A stretch of DNA of 64,000 bases. Source: Octopus sinensis (taxonomy: Eukaryota). The first letter of the stretch is position 1. Every line of letters starts with the position of its first letter. Under the pieces are notes generated by a model. That model was not told the origin of the DNA and searched no databases. It saw only the letters and a list, made by a program, of their open reading frames with translations. Positions 37,029 to 49,765 of the stretch are shown one piece after another. The DNA lies in NCBI RefSeq assembly GCF_006345805.1, contig NC_042999.1, positions 70,742,001-70,806,000 of the forward strand, read 5' to 3'. The translations under genes were made by a program, and so were the position numbers.

Positions 37029-38269
37029 GTAAATTCATTCACATCCTTATTCTGTTCAATTTCTTATTGCCCAAATTTTTGAAGCAAGTAAAACAATTAT
37101 GAGAATTAAAAAATATACTAAATTTTAATCTTATCTTTCAATAATTGACCTATAGGACACTAGTGGTTGGAAAATTGAGATTGCAAGAAATATATACTTG
37201 TGCAAGCATTTAATTTTTTTATATTTGAAACTGCAATCACTATAGCAGTAATGAGATACAGTAGCTAGATAGACTACTGACCATATGGTTTAAGTTATAT
37301 TATTTCATGGCTGAATGCTTACTGGAATGAAGAACATCTAACGGCTAAAAAAAACCAAACGAACAAAAAATGATATCTACCTATTGAGCTGTCTTTTGTG
37401 TACATACACTCTCCAATATATGTGTGTAGTATCCATTGTTTTTGTTTTTTGTTAGAATGTACACTACTTTCAGTAGCAGGCATTTTTTCCCTCATCCAAC
37501 AGATGTGGATAAAAACGGATTTTCTCACATTTGATGACAGCTTATGAATTCAAAGTTGTTGTGACATCTCTATTTCTGTCTCACTCACACATGAAATTAA
37601 ACAGTGGTCATTGTCAAACATTTTTTGACCTTGTATGAAGATAACTATCTATTCATTTGAAAACTTTTTATACATGTGCTTCTATTTGGAATTTTTATTT
37701 TTTTGCTAAATGGCATATAAATTATGGGGACATATGATGTCTTTCTTACTGCTAACCACTCTACTGCACTTTTTTTGCAACTAACGAGACTGAGGTGAGC
37801 TGAACAGAATGTATGTGTGGTTTAGGAGTAGGGAGTGAGTACAACATTTCTAAGAAGTATTCAATAGTTCACAATGTAAATGTTACAGATATTGTTTGTT
37901 ATAAGTTAAAATGCAATCATCACCATCATTGTGTTCTCATTCAACTTCGGCATGTTTTGGATGGGTCATCACATTCTGAAACAGTTCTTATTTGGAGCAA
38001 CTAGTTATTTCTTCTGGTGGATTGGAGATTACATATTGCTTCTATATTCAATTTTTCATCATTGTTTCAATTGGTAGCTCCCTTTCCTAATGCTAGTTGC
38101 TTTGCAGAGTATACTTCATGCATTTTATTGTGGCACCAGGAAGGTTTCTTTGTTCTCTGGAAGACTAAAGATCCTCTCTGATTTATGTTGTTTTTGTTTA
38201 TATAAAGCAAACATGATATCTTGCTTTGTTTGGTGTTAAATGTGTTAAAGTCAATATTGATGATAATGA

Positions 38270-38495
38270 TTTTTTTATGCAGCACTGGCGTGTAAAAAGT
38301 ATCTTTGTTGATGCCATGTATAAAGCACCCATGCTGGTACCATGTAAAATGCACTCAGTACACTCTGTAAAATGGTTGGTGTTAGAAAGGGTATCCAGCC
38401 ATAGAAATCATCCCAAAACAGACAATTGGATGGAGCTTGGTGCAGCTCTCTGGCTGGCTAGCTTTTGTCAAATTCTCCAACCTATGCCAGCATGA
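38270..38495 (+). mobile_element. RTE tail copy, decayed
   Basis: aaatgcactcagtacactctgtaaaatggttggtgttagaaagggtatccagcc..ccaacctatgccagcatg. Confidence 0.75.
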
Positions 38496-39927
38496 GTCTC
38501 TAAGTATTTGGTGAAGGTTTTGATTTAATCAATTCCTAATACTTGACTGGTACATGCATCAAGATCAGAGGAATGAAAGGCAGCATCAGCCTCTGCAGCT
38601 ATGGATTTTGCCTGGCATTCAGCCATTTCTACTATACCATTGTCCATACCTATGATAAATTGATACATCAGACATTTTCCTCTAATTTGATCTCAGTAAA
38701 AGTTATTTACAAGCTTTGGCTAAAAAACAAAAAACAAAAACAAAACAAATTCCCAAAGCAAGATGGAGTGAATAATTAGAATGATATGTATATATATATA
38801 TATAATCACCATTGAACATCTGCTTTCCATGATGAATGGGTTGGATGATTTGACAGGTGCTAGCCAGGCAGAAGACTGTGCCATATATATATATATCATC
38901 ATCATCATATATATTAGTTGTGTGTGTGTGTAAAAACAAAACACCACTGCTGGTGCTATGTAAACACTTCTATAGAAAGTTATCATTCTGGCTTGGTTTC
39001 TATGGCTGGATGCCCTGCCTATCACTAATCACTTTAGGGGTGCACTAGAGAGGTTAATAAGCCCTCCAACTGTAGGGGCCTCACAATCTTACACTTTCTC
39101 CTCCACTCGTTTGCCTCCCACTTTAAACTATGTACTGGGTTTTTTCTTCATGGCACCAGCACTAAGGGCCTTCTCAACCTAACTTCTGTTTGCTCATCAA
39201 CCACTCTAGAGAGTGTGCAGGCAAAGGTGTTTTCCATTGTGGCACCAGCATACAAGGTGATGGGGTGCCTTGTGTGCTGTAAGTATAGAGGGTACTCAAT
39301 TATCTAAGACATACTTTTGCTAATTGAGTAGAGTTAACAGTGGAAGGCTGGACTGGGAAGGTGAAAAGTAAAAATGAAACATGATTATAATTAATTTATG
39401 CGAGATATTTTATCATGTGCATAATAATTTAATGGATTTCAAATATACCTCACAAAGAAAACATCTGGTACTCACCACAGCTTACCTTGTGTTACATGTA
39501 AATTTTTTGGTGATTATTCACCCAATCAACTGCAGTGGAACTGAAGACGATTATTCATTTAGTAGTAGCACAATATATAGTAGTTACCAACATGCATATA
39601 TATCATACATGCCCTGAAAGTGATGCTTTGGCATGTCCTTGGTTGTGTTAATTAAATTAAACTAAAGAACACACAAGATTCTAAGCTATTGATTATTCTT
39701 TGTGCTTGCTTGAGTCTACCTAAGCAACAAAAATTCTGCTTTGAGAGTTGCTTGCAGTTGTAAAACCACTTGCCACAAGTTAGTTAAAAAAAAAGACAAA
39801 GTTTTGTGTTACCATGACAAAGTGGATGTAATGCTGTGTGTGCTCATGCATATAAATATTTATTGATTATGATTTTTCACATCAATTGCAGACTATTTTG
39901 CTTTTTTTTTGTATTTTATTTTTATAG

Positions 39928-40041
39928 GGTTTCATACCAGGTGTCTTTGGGGTTTCGCATGGTGTTATTCAGTTTGTAACTTATGAAGAAATGAAATCTC
40001 TATATAACAAGTATCACGAGAGACCTATACATTACAGGCTG
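39928..40041 (+). CDS. SLC25A32: Mitochondrial folate/FAD carrier, internal exon (human exon 5 equivalent)
   Basis: tttatag|...|gtaaga, 114 nt. Translates GFIPGVFGVSHGVIQFVTYEEMKSLYNKYHERPIHYRL (human [38 protein letters not shown]). Confidence 0.96.
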
Positions 40042-40157
40042 GTAAGATTTGTTAATTTTTCCTTCCTTTACCTCTCCCCTTCTCATTAACCATTTCCCAC
40101 TTGTTTAAAGAGGAAACTAACTGACAGATATCTAAATGATTTAGTAACAATATTATA

Positions 40158-41605
40158 TCAGGTCATCCCATAAGTTCTGTCCGATTTTACCTTTTTTAAA
40201 ATTGAATGAAATTTAATAGTATTTTAGAATGTCTAATGGAATTAAAAATTATTTTTATGCATTTGTGTACATTTAAACTAATTAAATATTATTTTACAGA
40301 ATAATAGAATTAAAATTTCTTCGATTAAAACCCTTTCTAACATGGAAGTATCCAAAGAGCATTTAAGGCACATAATGCTTTATGAGTACAAAAAAGGAAA
40401 CTCTGCAGCCAATGCAACTCGAAACATACACTCAGTTTATGGGAAAGAATGCTTGAATGAAAGAACTTGCAGAAGATGGTTTGCAAAATTCAGAAGTGGG
40501 GATTTCAGCTTTGAAGATGAAGATTGAACAGGACGTCCAGTTGAGTTTGATAAGCTCCTTGAGGCATTACTTGAAGAAAATCCTGAATTATCAGTTGAAG
40601 AATTGGCAACAAAGCTTAGTTCAAACCATACAACTGTTCATCATCATCTTCAACAACTTGGAAAGGTTCCTAAACTTGGAAAATGGGTGCCTCATGAATT
40701 GTCCAAAAGTAACCACAAATCCTGAGTTGACATTTGCTCTTCTCTCCATTCTTGCAAACTCATTTCACCCTTTTCGGATAGACTTGTGACTGGTGGCGTA
40801 AAATGGATTTTTTATTAAAATGTTAAATGTCGTAAACAGTGGCTTGGTAGAAGGGAAAATGGTCCACCACAACCGAGAAGGGAACTTCATAGAAAAAAGG
40901 TTCTTCTCTGTATCTGGTGGGATTGCAAAAGAGTAATTCACTTTGAATTGTTACCACCTAATTCAACAATCAATGCTCAAGTTTACTGTCAGCAATTAGA
41001 GCGTTTGAACCAAGCTTTGAATAAAAAAAGACCCGCTTTAGTCAATCGAAAAGGAGTGATGTTTCATCAGGACAATGTGTGACCCCACACTGCAAAGATC
41101 ACATCAGAGAAGATTGAAGAGCTTGGTTGGGAAAAAATTCCTCATCCACCTTACTCTCCCGACCTTGCTCCTTCAGACTGCCATTTATTTCGTAGTTTAC
41201 AGAATGATTTGGGGAACATAACTTTCGCAAGCCAGGAGGAGGTTGAAACTGACATTTCAGAGTTCTTCGCTTTGAAACCAAAAGGGTTTTGTCCAAAAAA
41301 TTCCTCATCCACCTTACTCTCCCGACCTTGCTCCTTCAGACTGCCATTTATTTCGTAGTTTACAGAATGATTTGGGGAACATAACTTTCGCAAGCCAGGA
41401 GGAGGTCGAAACTGACATTTCAGAGTTCTTCGCTTTGAAACCAAAAGGGTTTTACATTGATGGGATTAAAGAGCTTGTAAATAGATGGAAGGAAGTCATA
41501 GATAATAAGGGAAAGTACATTGATGATTAAATTTCAATTAAATATCACATTTGATTACTTGTTTTCTTTATTCAAAATTCGGACAGAACTTATGGGATGA
41601 CCTGA
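40158..41605 (+). mobile_element. Mariner (DD34D) transposon, both TIRs intact, inactivated
   Basis: TA|TCAGGTCATCCCATAAGTTCTGTCCGA ... TCGGACAGAACTTATGGGATGACCTGA|TA. 1448 bp, or 1285 bp without the internal duplication. Transposase 40342-41530 has WVPHEL, HQDN-34aa-D and YSPDLAPSD, 4 in-frame stops, and its first catalytic Asp is mutated (TGGVKW). Confidence 0.97.
41132..41453 (+). repeat. 159-bp tandem duplication inside the mariner
   Basis: Copies at 41132-41290 and 41295-41453, with gtcc filler; one substitution seen (gttgaa vs gtcgaa). Confidence 0.92.
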
Positions 41606-41737
41606 TACAAACATATGTGATTGGATTTGGATAATGAAAACACTTGAAGAGATTATGTAGAATTATTGCTGTTTAACTCTGTCAGTCTGCTAATGTTTTA
41701 TGTAAGAAGATAATGTGTAATGCAACAATTAAAGACT

Positions 41738-41739
41738 AT

Positions 41740-41770
<31 letters not shown>
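41738..41770. repeat. (ATTT)n microsatellite
   Basis: Direct reading. Confidence 0.9.
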
Positions 41771-42189
41771 TAAGGAAATAAAAGTTTCCGTATAGCAAGC
41801 CTACTATTCATTGAAAATATGTTTAAACATGCTCAATGCTTATGTCATTATCATCAGATTCTTTTAATGTCCACTTTTACATGCAAGCACAGGTCAAGCA
41901 AAACTTGTTGAAACAGATTTTTTTCAGCCAAATGCTCCTCCTCTTTCTAACCCTCATTTGTTTCTAAGCATTGTAATATTTCCCCACCTGTTCTTTGAAC
42001 ACCAAACAGTTCAGGCATTTTATAGAAAATTGTAAACAAATGATACTGGTACCTCAATATGGCCAAAGTCCAGCGACTGAAACAAACGAAGGAAAAAAAT
42101 TTTGAAAGATTTGTATGAACAATGACTTTGTTTTCAGTCAGTGTGTAAAAACCATGGCAAAAGGAAGATATAAACACACACGTATACAT

Positions 42190-43005
42190 TTACATACCCT
42201 CATACATTTGATACAATAGGCTTCTTTTGGTTTCTGTCTACCACTTAACTCACAATACATTATTTGGCCTGAGACTATATAGTAGTAGACATTTTCCCTA
42301 AGAGTTATGCATTGGGACTGAACTCAGAACCATGTGTGTGTGAAGTGAACTTCTTAACCATACAGCTCTTGCCTGTGCCTTCCTAATCACATAGCCATAT
42401 CTACACTGACACACATACACATTAACAAACCAAGCAGAAACATGTTAATTAAAAAATGTAATTAGGAAGAGAATTGTCTTAGATGAAATGCAGTTTGGAG
42501 TTTTTACCTCACCTCCATCCCAAAGTTGACCTTGGCTGGATTTGGCTCACAGAGCCAGAACAAATACTGCAAAGTATTTTGTCCTACACTCTAATGATTA
42601 TGCCAGTTCACTGTCTTATACCATCATCTTATACTATTATCATCATTGTCATTTAGCATGGGTCAGATGGAATTTGTCGAGGCAGATTTTCTATAGTTGG
42701 ATGCCCTTGTTGCCAACCTTGTCCCCAAACAGGGTAATAGTACCCCATACCCAGATATATTGTTTCATGGAAGACTAGAAACAAACATCTCTTGCATGAC
42801 ATTGATGCTTGTTTACAATCATGATGTTAAGACAGGGTACACACAATCATGCACATGCGCGCGCGCATACACACACACACACACACATTCACACATTTGA
42901 TGAGTTTCTTTCAGTTTGCTTCTACCAAAACCATCCACAAGGCTTTGGTTGACCCAGGGCAGAAGACACTTGCCCAAGGTGCCATGCAGTGGGACTGAAC
43001 CTACA
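42190..43005 (-). mobile_element. Two decayed family A SINE copies (about 42190-42380 and 42640-43005)
   Basis: ttctttcagtttgcttctacc..atccacaaggctttggtt..gaagacacttgcccaaggtgccatgcagtgggactgaac; gactgaactcagaaccatgtg..ttcttaacca. Confidence 0.7.
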
Positions 43006-44236
43006 TAGATACGTATAGAAATAGGAATATTGGTTGGTTCTATTTGTTTCTTTCTACCTTAGTGATTTGACAATTGCCTATAACTGGATATTTTACTTCT
43101 TTTTAGTTTTCTGTATTTTTCTAGAAAATTGTTTCTTTTTTTTATATTTCCTTTTACCTGTAAAGTTAATTTGTTTGAGTGCTGAGCTTAAACCAGATTA
43201 CCACTGGCCTACACTTATTTACGTAATAATGAAAATCTGCTATTTTGCTGAAGAAATGTTAATCTTCTCTACTGCTGTATTATATTTGCTGGAACATTTG
43301 CATTGCAAAGGTGATCTTTTCTGAAGCTGTTCAGCCTTGATCAGTTTCATTCACTTAATGACTTTGGCAATATGTCTAGATAATGCAAGCTTCATTTACC
43401 TTTCTCATAAAAAAAAATAAAATCAATTTAATGTTTTTATTTTCAATTTTCTTTTCTTGCACGTCATTTAAAAATTTTTTGATGAAATTTTTCTTTATTA
43501 TTGAATTTCTGTCTGCTGTTATATAATCAGCTACTAGAATTAGTACTGAATAACTTAAAATTTATTTAAAGGTTTATCATCAATTCATATAACAGTGGTA
43601 TTTTTTTTTATTTTATGCAATGCTAGGCAAGCACACTGAAATAGTAGTTTCTTGGTTAAGTTTAAGTAAGGTCAAAATTTAATATTCTTAGTAGAAGCAG
43701 GAAATGGTAGATTTTACATTAATACTTTTTGAAACTATAAATCTAATAAGTAGACTGCTTAACTGTTTCAGTCAATCAGCAATATGATAAAAACTTAGAG
43801 AGGTTTAGTAATATATCTAACTTTATCTCTTTCTTGTTGTTTAGTCAGAAGTTAACCCTGATTGAGCAGACATTCTGCAGGGGCCATTAAATCTTTTTAG
43901 GGCTTCATTATCTCAAATGTACTTCAGCTTTTTACAAAATGGTAGGCTGTTATTAAAGTGATATTTAGCTGCAGTTTCTAGTAAGTAGAGCGACTATGTA
44001 GAGAGAGATTGTTTCATATTTTGCTAGTGTTGATCATCTGTTCATGTTGGAATGAGGTTTGGGAATGATTTAATTTCCGTATGATGGGTTGATATTAAAA
44101 TAGTTAATTATTCTTTTCACTAGGGTGTTAGTGATGTAATAGTTAAGATTGAATCATAGACTTGATTTTCCGGGTGATTACTTTTTTATAGTGCTGTGTC
44201 ATATTGAAAATTGGGATTCTAACTTATTTGAATATA

Positions 44237-44600
44237 CAGTAGAACCTTGCAGTGCACCATTGTCTGAATAATTTGCTGTACGAGCCGAGGCTCGTGTGAA
44301 TTTTTGTCTTGAAGTATGGGTGGAAATCCTTAGTATGAGCGAGTTTCATACAAGCGACTGCTAGCTTGGCCTTGAGCTTGTACGCATTTGCCCAATAAGC
44401 ACAGCCTCCACTCGCTCAGTTCATGTTTATCTCAATGTAACAGCAGACCTGTTGTGTTTTACCCAGTGTTTTTTTTTTAGTTTTGTGAATTTTTTTGCTG
44501 TTATTTTATAATAATTAGTTATATTAGCCATGCGTCCTAGTTAAATGTTAAAGAAACATGCAAAGCACTCTTCATTAAGGTATCCACTGGCAACTATATA
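44237..44600 (+). mobile_element. Possible Tigger/pogo-like 5' fragment
   Basis: TA|CAGTAGAACC start and a CpG-containing body; no right TIR found. Confidence 0.3.
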
Positions 44601-46091
44601 AATTGAACCATCAAAAATGGATATATTTTGGTTTCAAGGCTGGTTTTTGTTGATTGTTCTTGGTGTATCTCTAATAAAATAAAAGATATTAATAGACATT
44701 ACATTATTTTCTTATGGCAAGCTTGTAAGTCATAGATGAACTATTCTTTTATATAATGTATATAAAAAAATATGTTAGCTGTGTTAAAGGATTGCTTGTT
44801 AACTAATATTCATCCAGAGTTAATGTATCTTCTGATATTTCGTCTATTGTGCTTAATTGCTATTAACAATTACCATCCTACTATGTTTATTCCACTTTTT
44901 CTTTTTGTTATACATTCATCTAAAATGTACAACTAATTAATTACAGTCTGGATTCTCTGGTCAGATTCGTTTTGATAATCAATTTCTATTTTGTTTTTTT
45001 GTTAATTTTTATAAAGTGTTTTTATTATGAAAGCCTTTATGTTGTTTATACCAACCAAGTCTGAAATAAAAGATATTTGTTAAATAGGTTCCTAGATTAT
45101 TGTTAATTGTTATACTGATATATTTAAGGCATGATACTATTCAAATATTTGGGTCAAACACTGGTTCCTTCTGTGACTTCCAGAGGCTCTGATATGGATT
45201 TATCCATATTAATATCTTAGCAGTTTAGAAGGACCTGCAAAGGTTATGGGCATTGCTTCTCTGCCTCTGACTATCTTAAATATGTTCACCCCCCCCCCAC
45301 TACCTTTGCGGACTATAGGTTGTCTACACTGGTATAGACAAATGAATGATGCATTTACATGAGGTGCACTTACATAGGTCAGTGTATTGTGAACATGTGG
45401 TGTAGTTAGAGACAGTGTGAACATGCAGAAGATATAAGCAAAAGACCAATGAAAAATATGATTGGTGGAGGGGAACAGATTTTTGTTTCCGTGTTTATCT
45501 AATGTTCTTATTGTTTTTAATTTTGAAAGTTTTTTTTTTAAATAATTGATTCATAACAACCTCCATAACATCTAACATAAGATTGTTTATATAGATATTT
45601 TTATTTTTAGCTATGTTAATAAAATTATGTAGATACTTTATATGCTCTAGTTGAAATAGAAAGTAGTTTCTTTCATTAAGTTTTCTGTCAGTTCATATTT
45701 CATGGTTATTTAGATTTTCCAACATTTATTTTTTTCCTATTCAGTGCTCCCAACCCATTTTTGGTATTTATTTATATCATGTATTGAATACTAAGTATGA
45801 AAATAGTCCACATTGATTGAACTCTCTCTCTCTCTAATGTTGGTTTACGTGTCAGTAACTTAGTGGTTTGGCAAAAAAGATATAGAATAAATATCAAGCT
45901 TAAAAAAAAGACGTAATTACTGTTCATCTCTGACTAAAACCCTTCAAGATGGTGCTCCAAGATGACTACAGTCCAGTGACTGAAATATGTAAAAGATATA
46001 TTTTTGTTCATTCATTCACTTGTTTTGCGTCTGTTTTTCCATGCTTGCATGAGTTGGACAAATATGTTGATTTATGTTGATTTATGTTGAT

Positions 46092-46569
46092 ATGTAATAA
46101 ATAACACACATTCCTCTCACTTATATGTACTATTCATTATATTACATATTCTTCAAGACCAAATTTTTATGAAGCATTCAACAAAACAGAAACTTTCAAT
46201 GATTAAATTTTCAATATCAAATTTATTATTAGATTAAAAAGAAATTAAAAAGATTTGAAATTTTTTTCCCATAGAATAATAAATGGATTTCAATATCCAC
46301 CCTGGCAATCAGTAATTTCTTTATAAAAGAGGACATTTAAGTAAAGACAAGAGGTAAAGCCTACAGAGATCGACACCATTATAAATTTCTGGAAATTATT
46401 TTAAGCAATCTCCTTGATGAAGACAAATATAGCTCCAGTGGAATTTGAACTCAAAATGGAGAAGAATGAAACTAAGTCATGAAATCCATTCATTCTAGTG
46501 TTCTATATTCTCAGCCATTTTCAGTGCTCTACTTCATTTAAACAATAATTAATAACCACTGTAAACTTT
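46092..46569 (+). repeat. Left arm of a locus-specific inverted duplication (partner 53035-53677)
   Basis: For example caatctccttgatgaagacaaatatagctccagtggaatttgaactc..gaaactaagtcatgaaatccattcattctagtgttctatattctcagccattttcagtgctctac is the near-exact reverse complement of 53232-53370. Confidence 0.93.
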
Positions 46570-47141
46570 GTTCTCTATAGTTTTGTAGAGTATAAATTTC
46601 AACTAGTTAAGCCATTGTCAGACTGCGATGCATTGATGTTAATCTTGGCTTTATATAGTTTTTGTTGAGGTAAAATCTTCCTTGGATGTGTGGGTTTGAG
46701 TGGAGTGGTAATTATGTGTTAGAGTGGATTGTTATATTACTGTTCATCTCTTTGACTTAGAATTTATTCATGTATATAGAACTTTGTAAGCAGGTGTGTT
46801 TCTTTTGGTTGGTAGTTATATGATATGTCAGTGGTTTTAGTCATTTTTGGTTTTATTAGATATAATTCTTTGCTTTGACAATGTAGAGATGAAAAGTATA
46901 AAGTCCAGTTTTTAAAAACTTAATGTTTAATAAAAAAAAATTTCTTCAAAACATCACTCCATAACAACCCATCCTAAAACCTAACCACCACTCCACCCAG
47001 ACCCATACACCCAAGGAATATTTTAAATCAAAAAGAAATGATATAGAGCCATAATTAACTTCAATGCATCACAATCGGATGATGGCTTAACTGCTTGGAA
47101 CTTCAAAGCCTGAAGTTACTGTCAATAATATTGTTTAGGAA

Positions 47142-47146
<5 letters not shown>

Positions 47147-47200
<54 letters not shown>

Positions 47201-47260
47201 AATATTAAAATATGCTAGACCACTGGTTTTAATTGATTAATATCAATTCTACCCTTATTA

Positions 47261-47302
<42 letters not shown>
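47147..47302. repeat. Two (TA)n arrays separated by a ~75-bp spacer
   Basis: Direct reading. Confidence 0.9.
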
Positions 47303-47306
<4 letters not shown>

Positions 47307-47431
47307 GAAAGAAGGGCACTCAACACATTTATTGGGAGTTACATGTATAGATCAAAACAGTTTGTGTGTATGTGTACTGTTGGCGATTTTTTTCCTCCGT
47401 CTTCCCTTCCTTGGATCTTTCCTTTTCCTAT

Positions 47432-47466
47432 GTTTCTGATGAAGAGCTCTGCTCAAAACGTTAAAT
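47432..47466 (+). ncRNA. Type I minimal hammerhead motif with G12>A, in a Penelope-pLTR-like repeat between (TA)n arrays
   Basis: gttt-CTGATGA-A-GAGC[tct]GCTC-AAAA-C-GTT/-aaat. Confidence 0.65.
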
Positions 47467-47548
47467 CCTTCTTTCTTTCCTTTCCTGAGCATCCAATAAC
47501 ACTATACTTGTTCCACGGTCTCGTGTTGTTGTGTTTTCATGTTTGGAT

Positions 47549-47553
<5 letters not shown>

Positions 47554-47601
<48 letters not shown>
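47554..47601. repeat. (TA)n microsatellite
   Basis: Direct reading. Confidence 0.95.
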
Positions 47602-47603
<2 letters not shown>

Positions 47604-48023
47604 AAACTCCGAAGTCTCTCACCTTGTGTAATTCTTCTAGCAAGAACAAGATGACTGTTGTTTTTTTAATATACTTTCCTATGTGTATTGGATACCCTCT
47701 CTCTATCTTTTTAAACTCTCCTTCCCCTCCTCTCTCCCTCACACATACACACCTATTAAAAGGAGATGTTTATGTGTTTAAAGCAAAGGGACAGCAGTGG
47801 ACCAGCTACTTTCTTCTTGTTTTGACTAATCACCCTATTTAAATAGTGTATCCTATGGAGGATTTTCACTTTCTTTTCTGTATTGATCTGTTTATTTAAT
47901 GCTCCTTCCTCAATGTTAAGCTCATGTTTTTTTGATTTCTTCCTGCTTATCTCTTTCTGTTGCTTATCTTTTCCGTACTGATTTTCTTTTTGTTAAAACT
48001 TGGCCATTTCCTCTTGATAAACA

Positions 48024-49335
48024 TCCGGCACCTGTGTCGGTGGCACATAAAAACACCATCCGAAGACCCGGCAAGACTAGTCAGGCCATAATCTGTGGCC
48101 CCAACCTGGGACGTAGTCAGTCCACCTGTGCATACCTTCCTTCTTGTGACACTTGTGAAGACCTTTTGAGGCAAGTGAAAGTGAAAATCAAAATAAAATA
48201 GATGAACATCAATGGAATTTGTATCTTTGTGGTACCAGGGCCGGTGGCACACAAGATAACCATCCGAACATGGCCGTAGCCAGTACCGCATCGACTGGCC
48301 TCTATGCTGTGGGCTCATAACAAACACCATCCGATCGTGGCCGTTCGCCAGCCTCATCTGGCACCTGTGTCGGTGGCACATAAAAACACCATCCGAAGAC
48401 CCGGCAAGACTAGTCAGGCCATAACCCGTGGCCTCTACCTGGGACATAGTCAGTTCACCTGTGCATACCTTCCTTCTTGTGACACTTGTGAAGACCTGTT
48501 GAGACAAGTGATCAAATCAAATCAAATCAAATCAAAATAGATGAACATCAATGGAATTTGTATCTTTGTGGTACCAGTGCTGGTGGCACACAAGAAAACC
48601 ATCCGAACGTGGCCGTAGCCAGTACCGCATCGACTGGCCTCCGTGCTGTGGGCACGTAACAAACACCATCCATCTGGCACCTGTGTCGGAGGCACATAAA
48701 AACATCATCCGAAGACCCGGCAAGACTAGTCAGGCCATAACCCGTGGCCCCTACCTGGGACGTTGTCAGTTCACCTGTGCATACCTTCCTTCCTTCTTGT
48801 GACACTTGTGAAGACCTGTTGAGGCAAGTGAAAATCAAATCAAATCAAATCAAAATAGATGAACATCAATGGAATTTGTATCTTTGTGGTACCAGTGCCG
48901 GTGGCACACAAGAAAACCATCCGAACGTGGCCGTAGCCAGTACCGCATCGACTGGCCTCCGTGCTGTGGGCACGTAAGAAACACCATCCGATCGTGGCCG
49001 TTCGTCAGCCTCGTCTGGCACCTGTGTCGGTGGCACATAAAAACACCATCCGAACGGGCCGTTCGCCAGCCTCGTCTGGCACCTGTGTCGGTGGCACATA
49101 AAAACACCATCCGAGCGTGGCCGTTCGCCAGCCTCGTCTGGCACCTGTGTCAGTGGCACATAAAATCACCCACTACACTCTCGGAGTGGTTGGCGTTAGG
49201 AAGGGCATCCAGCTGTAGAAACACTGCCAGATCTGACTGGCCTGGTGCAGCCTTTGGGCTCCCCAGACCCCAGTTGAACCGTCCAACCCATGCTAGCATG
49301 GAAAGCGGACGTTAAATGATGATGATGATGATGAT
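48024..49335 (+). mobile_element. Head-to-tail trimer of an RTE 3' UTR, plus three 61-bp sub-repeats and tail
   Basis: Unit starts at ~48024, 48358 and 48673, with the sub-repeat run at ~49015, 49076 and 49137. gaagacccggca corresponds to the ORF2 end (EKTRQ) seen at 58003. CpG-rich; ends aaatgatgatgatg. Confidence 0.9.
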
Positions 49336-49405
49336 GAAACACTATTTACTCATAACAGTAGGAGAACATTTATATTATGATTGATATTCATTACACCATG
49401 CAGTA

Positions 49406-49765
49406 TACATTATTTACATTTGATGGATATTTGTCCTCATCTTGTTTGTTGTTAACTATACCATATGCCCACGGGCATATGGCTTAGTAGCCATATGGCA
49501 TATGGCTACTAACCCCAAGATTCCGAGTTCGATTCCACGCAGTGACATGAATAATAATAGTCAGAATAATAATAATAATAATAACATCATAAAATACCTT
49601 AGGAACTAGAACCCAGGTTCAAAATTTCCTTAAGACACCTGATGAAGGCTGGAGGGTATATCAGCTGAAGCGTGTTAACAACAAACAAGATCAGGACAAA
49701 TATCTGTCAAATGTCAATAAGGTAAATAATGTACATAATTCGTCTTCTCTTAAATCTACAACTGT
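49406..49765 (+). mobile_element. tRNA-headed hammerhead element (copy 2) with an inverted tail fragment at its 5' side
   Basis: Head gggcatatggcttagtag..ctactaaccccaagattccgagttcgattcc; core CTGATGA 49639-45. 49406-49456 is the reverse complement of the tail. accatgca(g/a)tat flanks at 49395-49406 and 49766-49777. Confidence 0.88.

Noticed and set aside
47601-47630. GAAAC-tccgaa-GTC-tctcacc, a possible 3' half of a hammerhead
   Set aside because: The CUGANGA half is absent (replaced by a TA array), so it cannot be supported.
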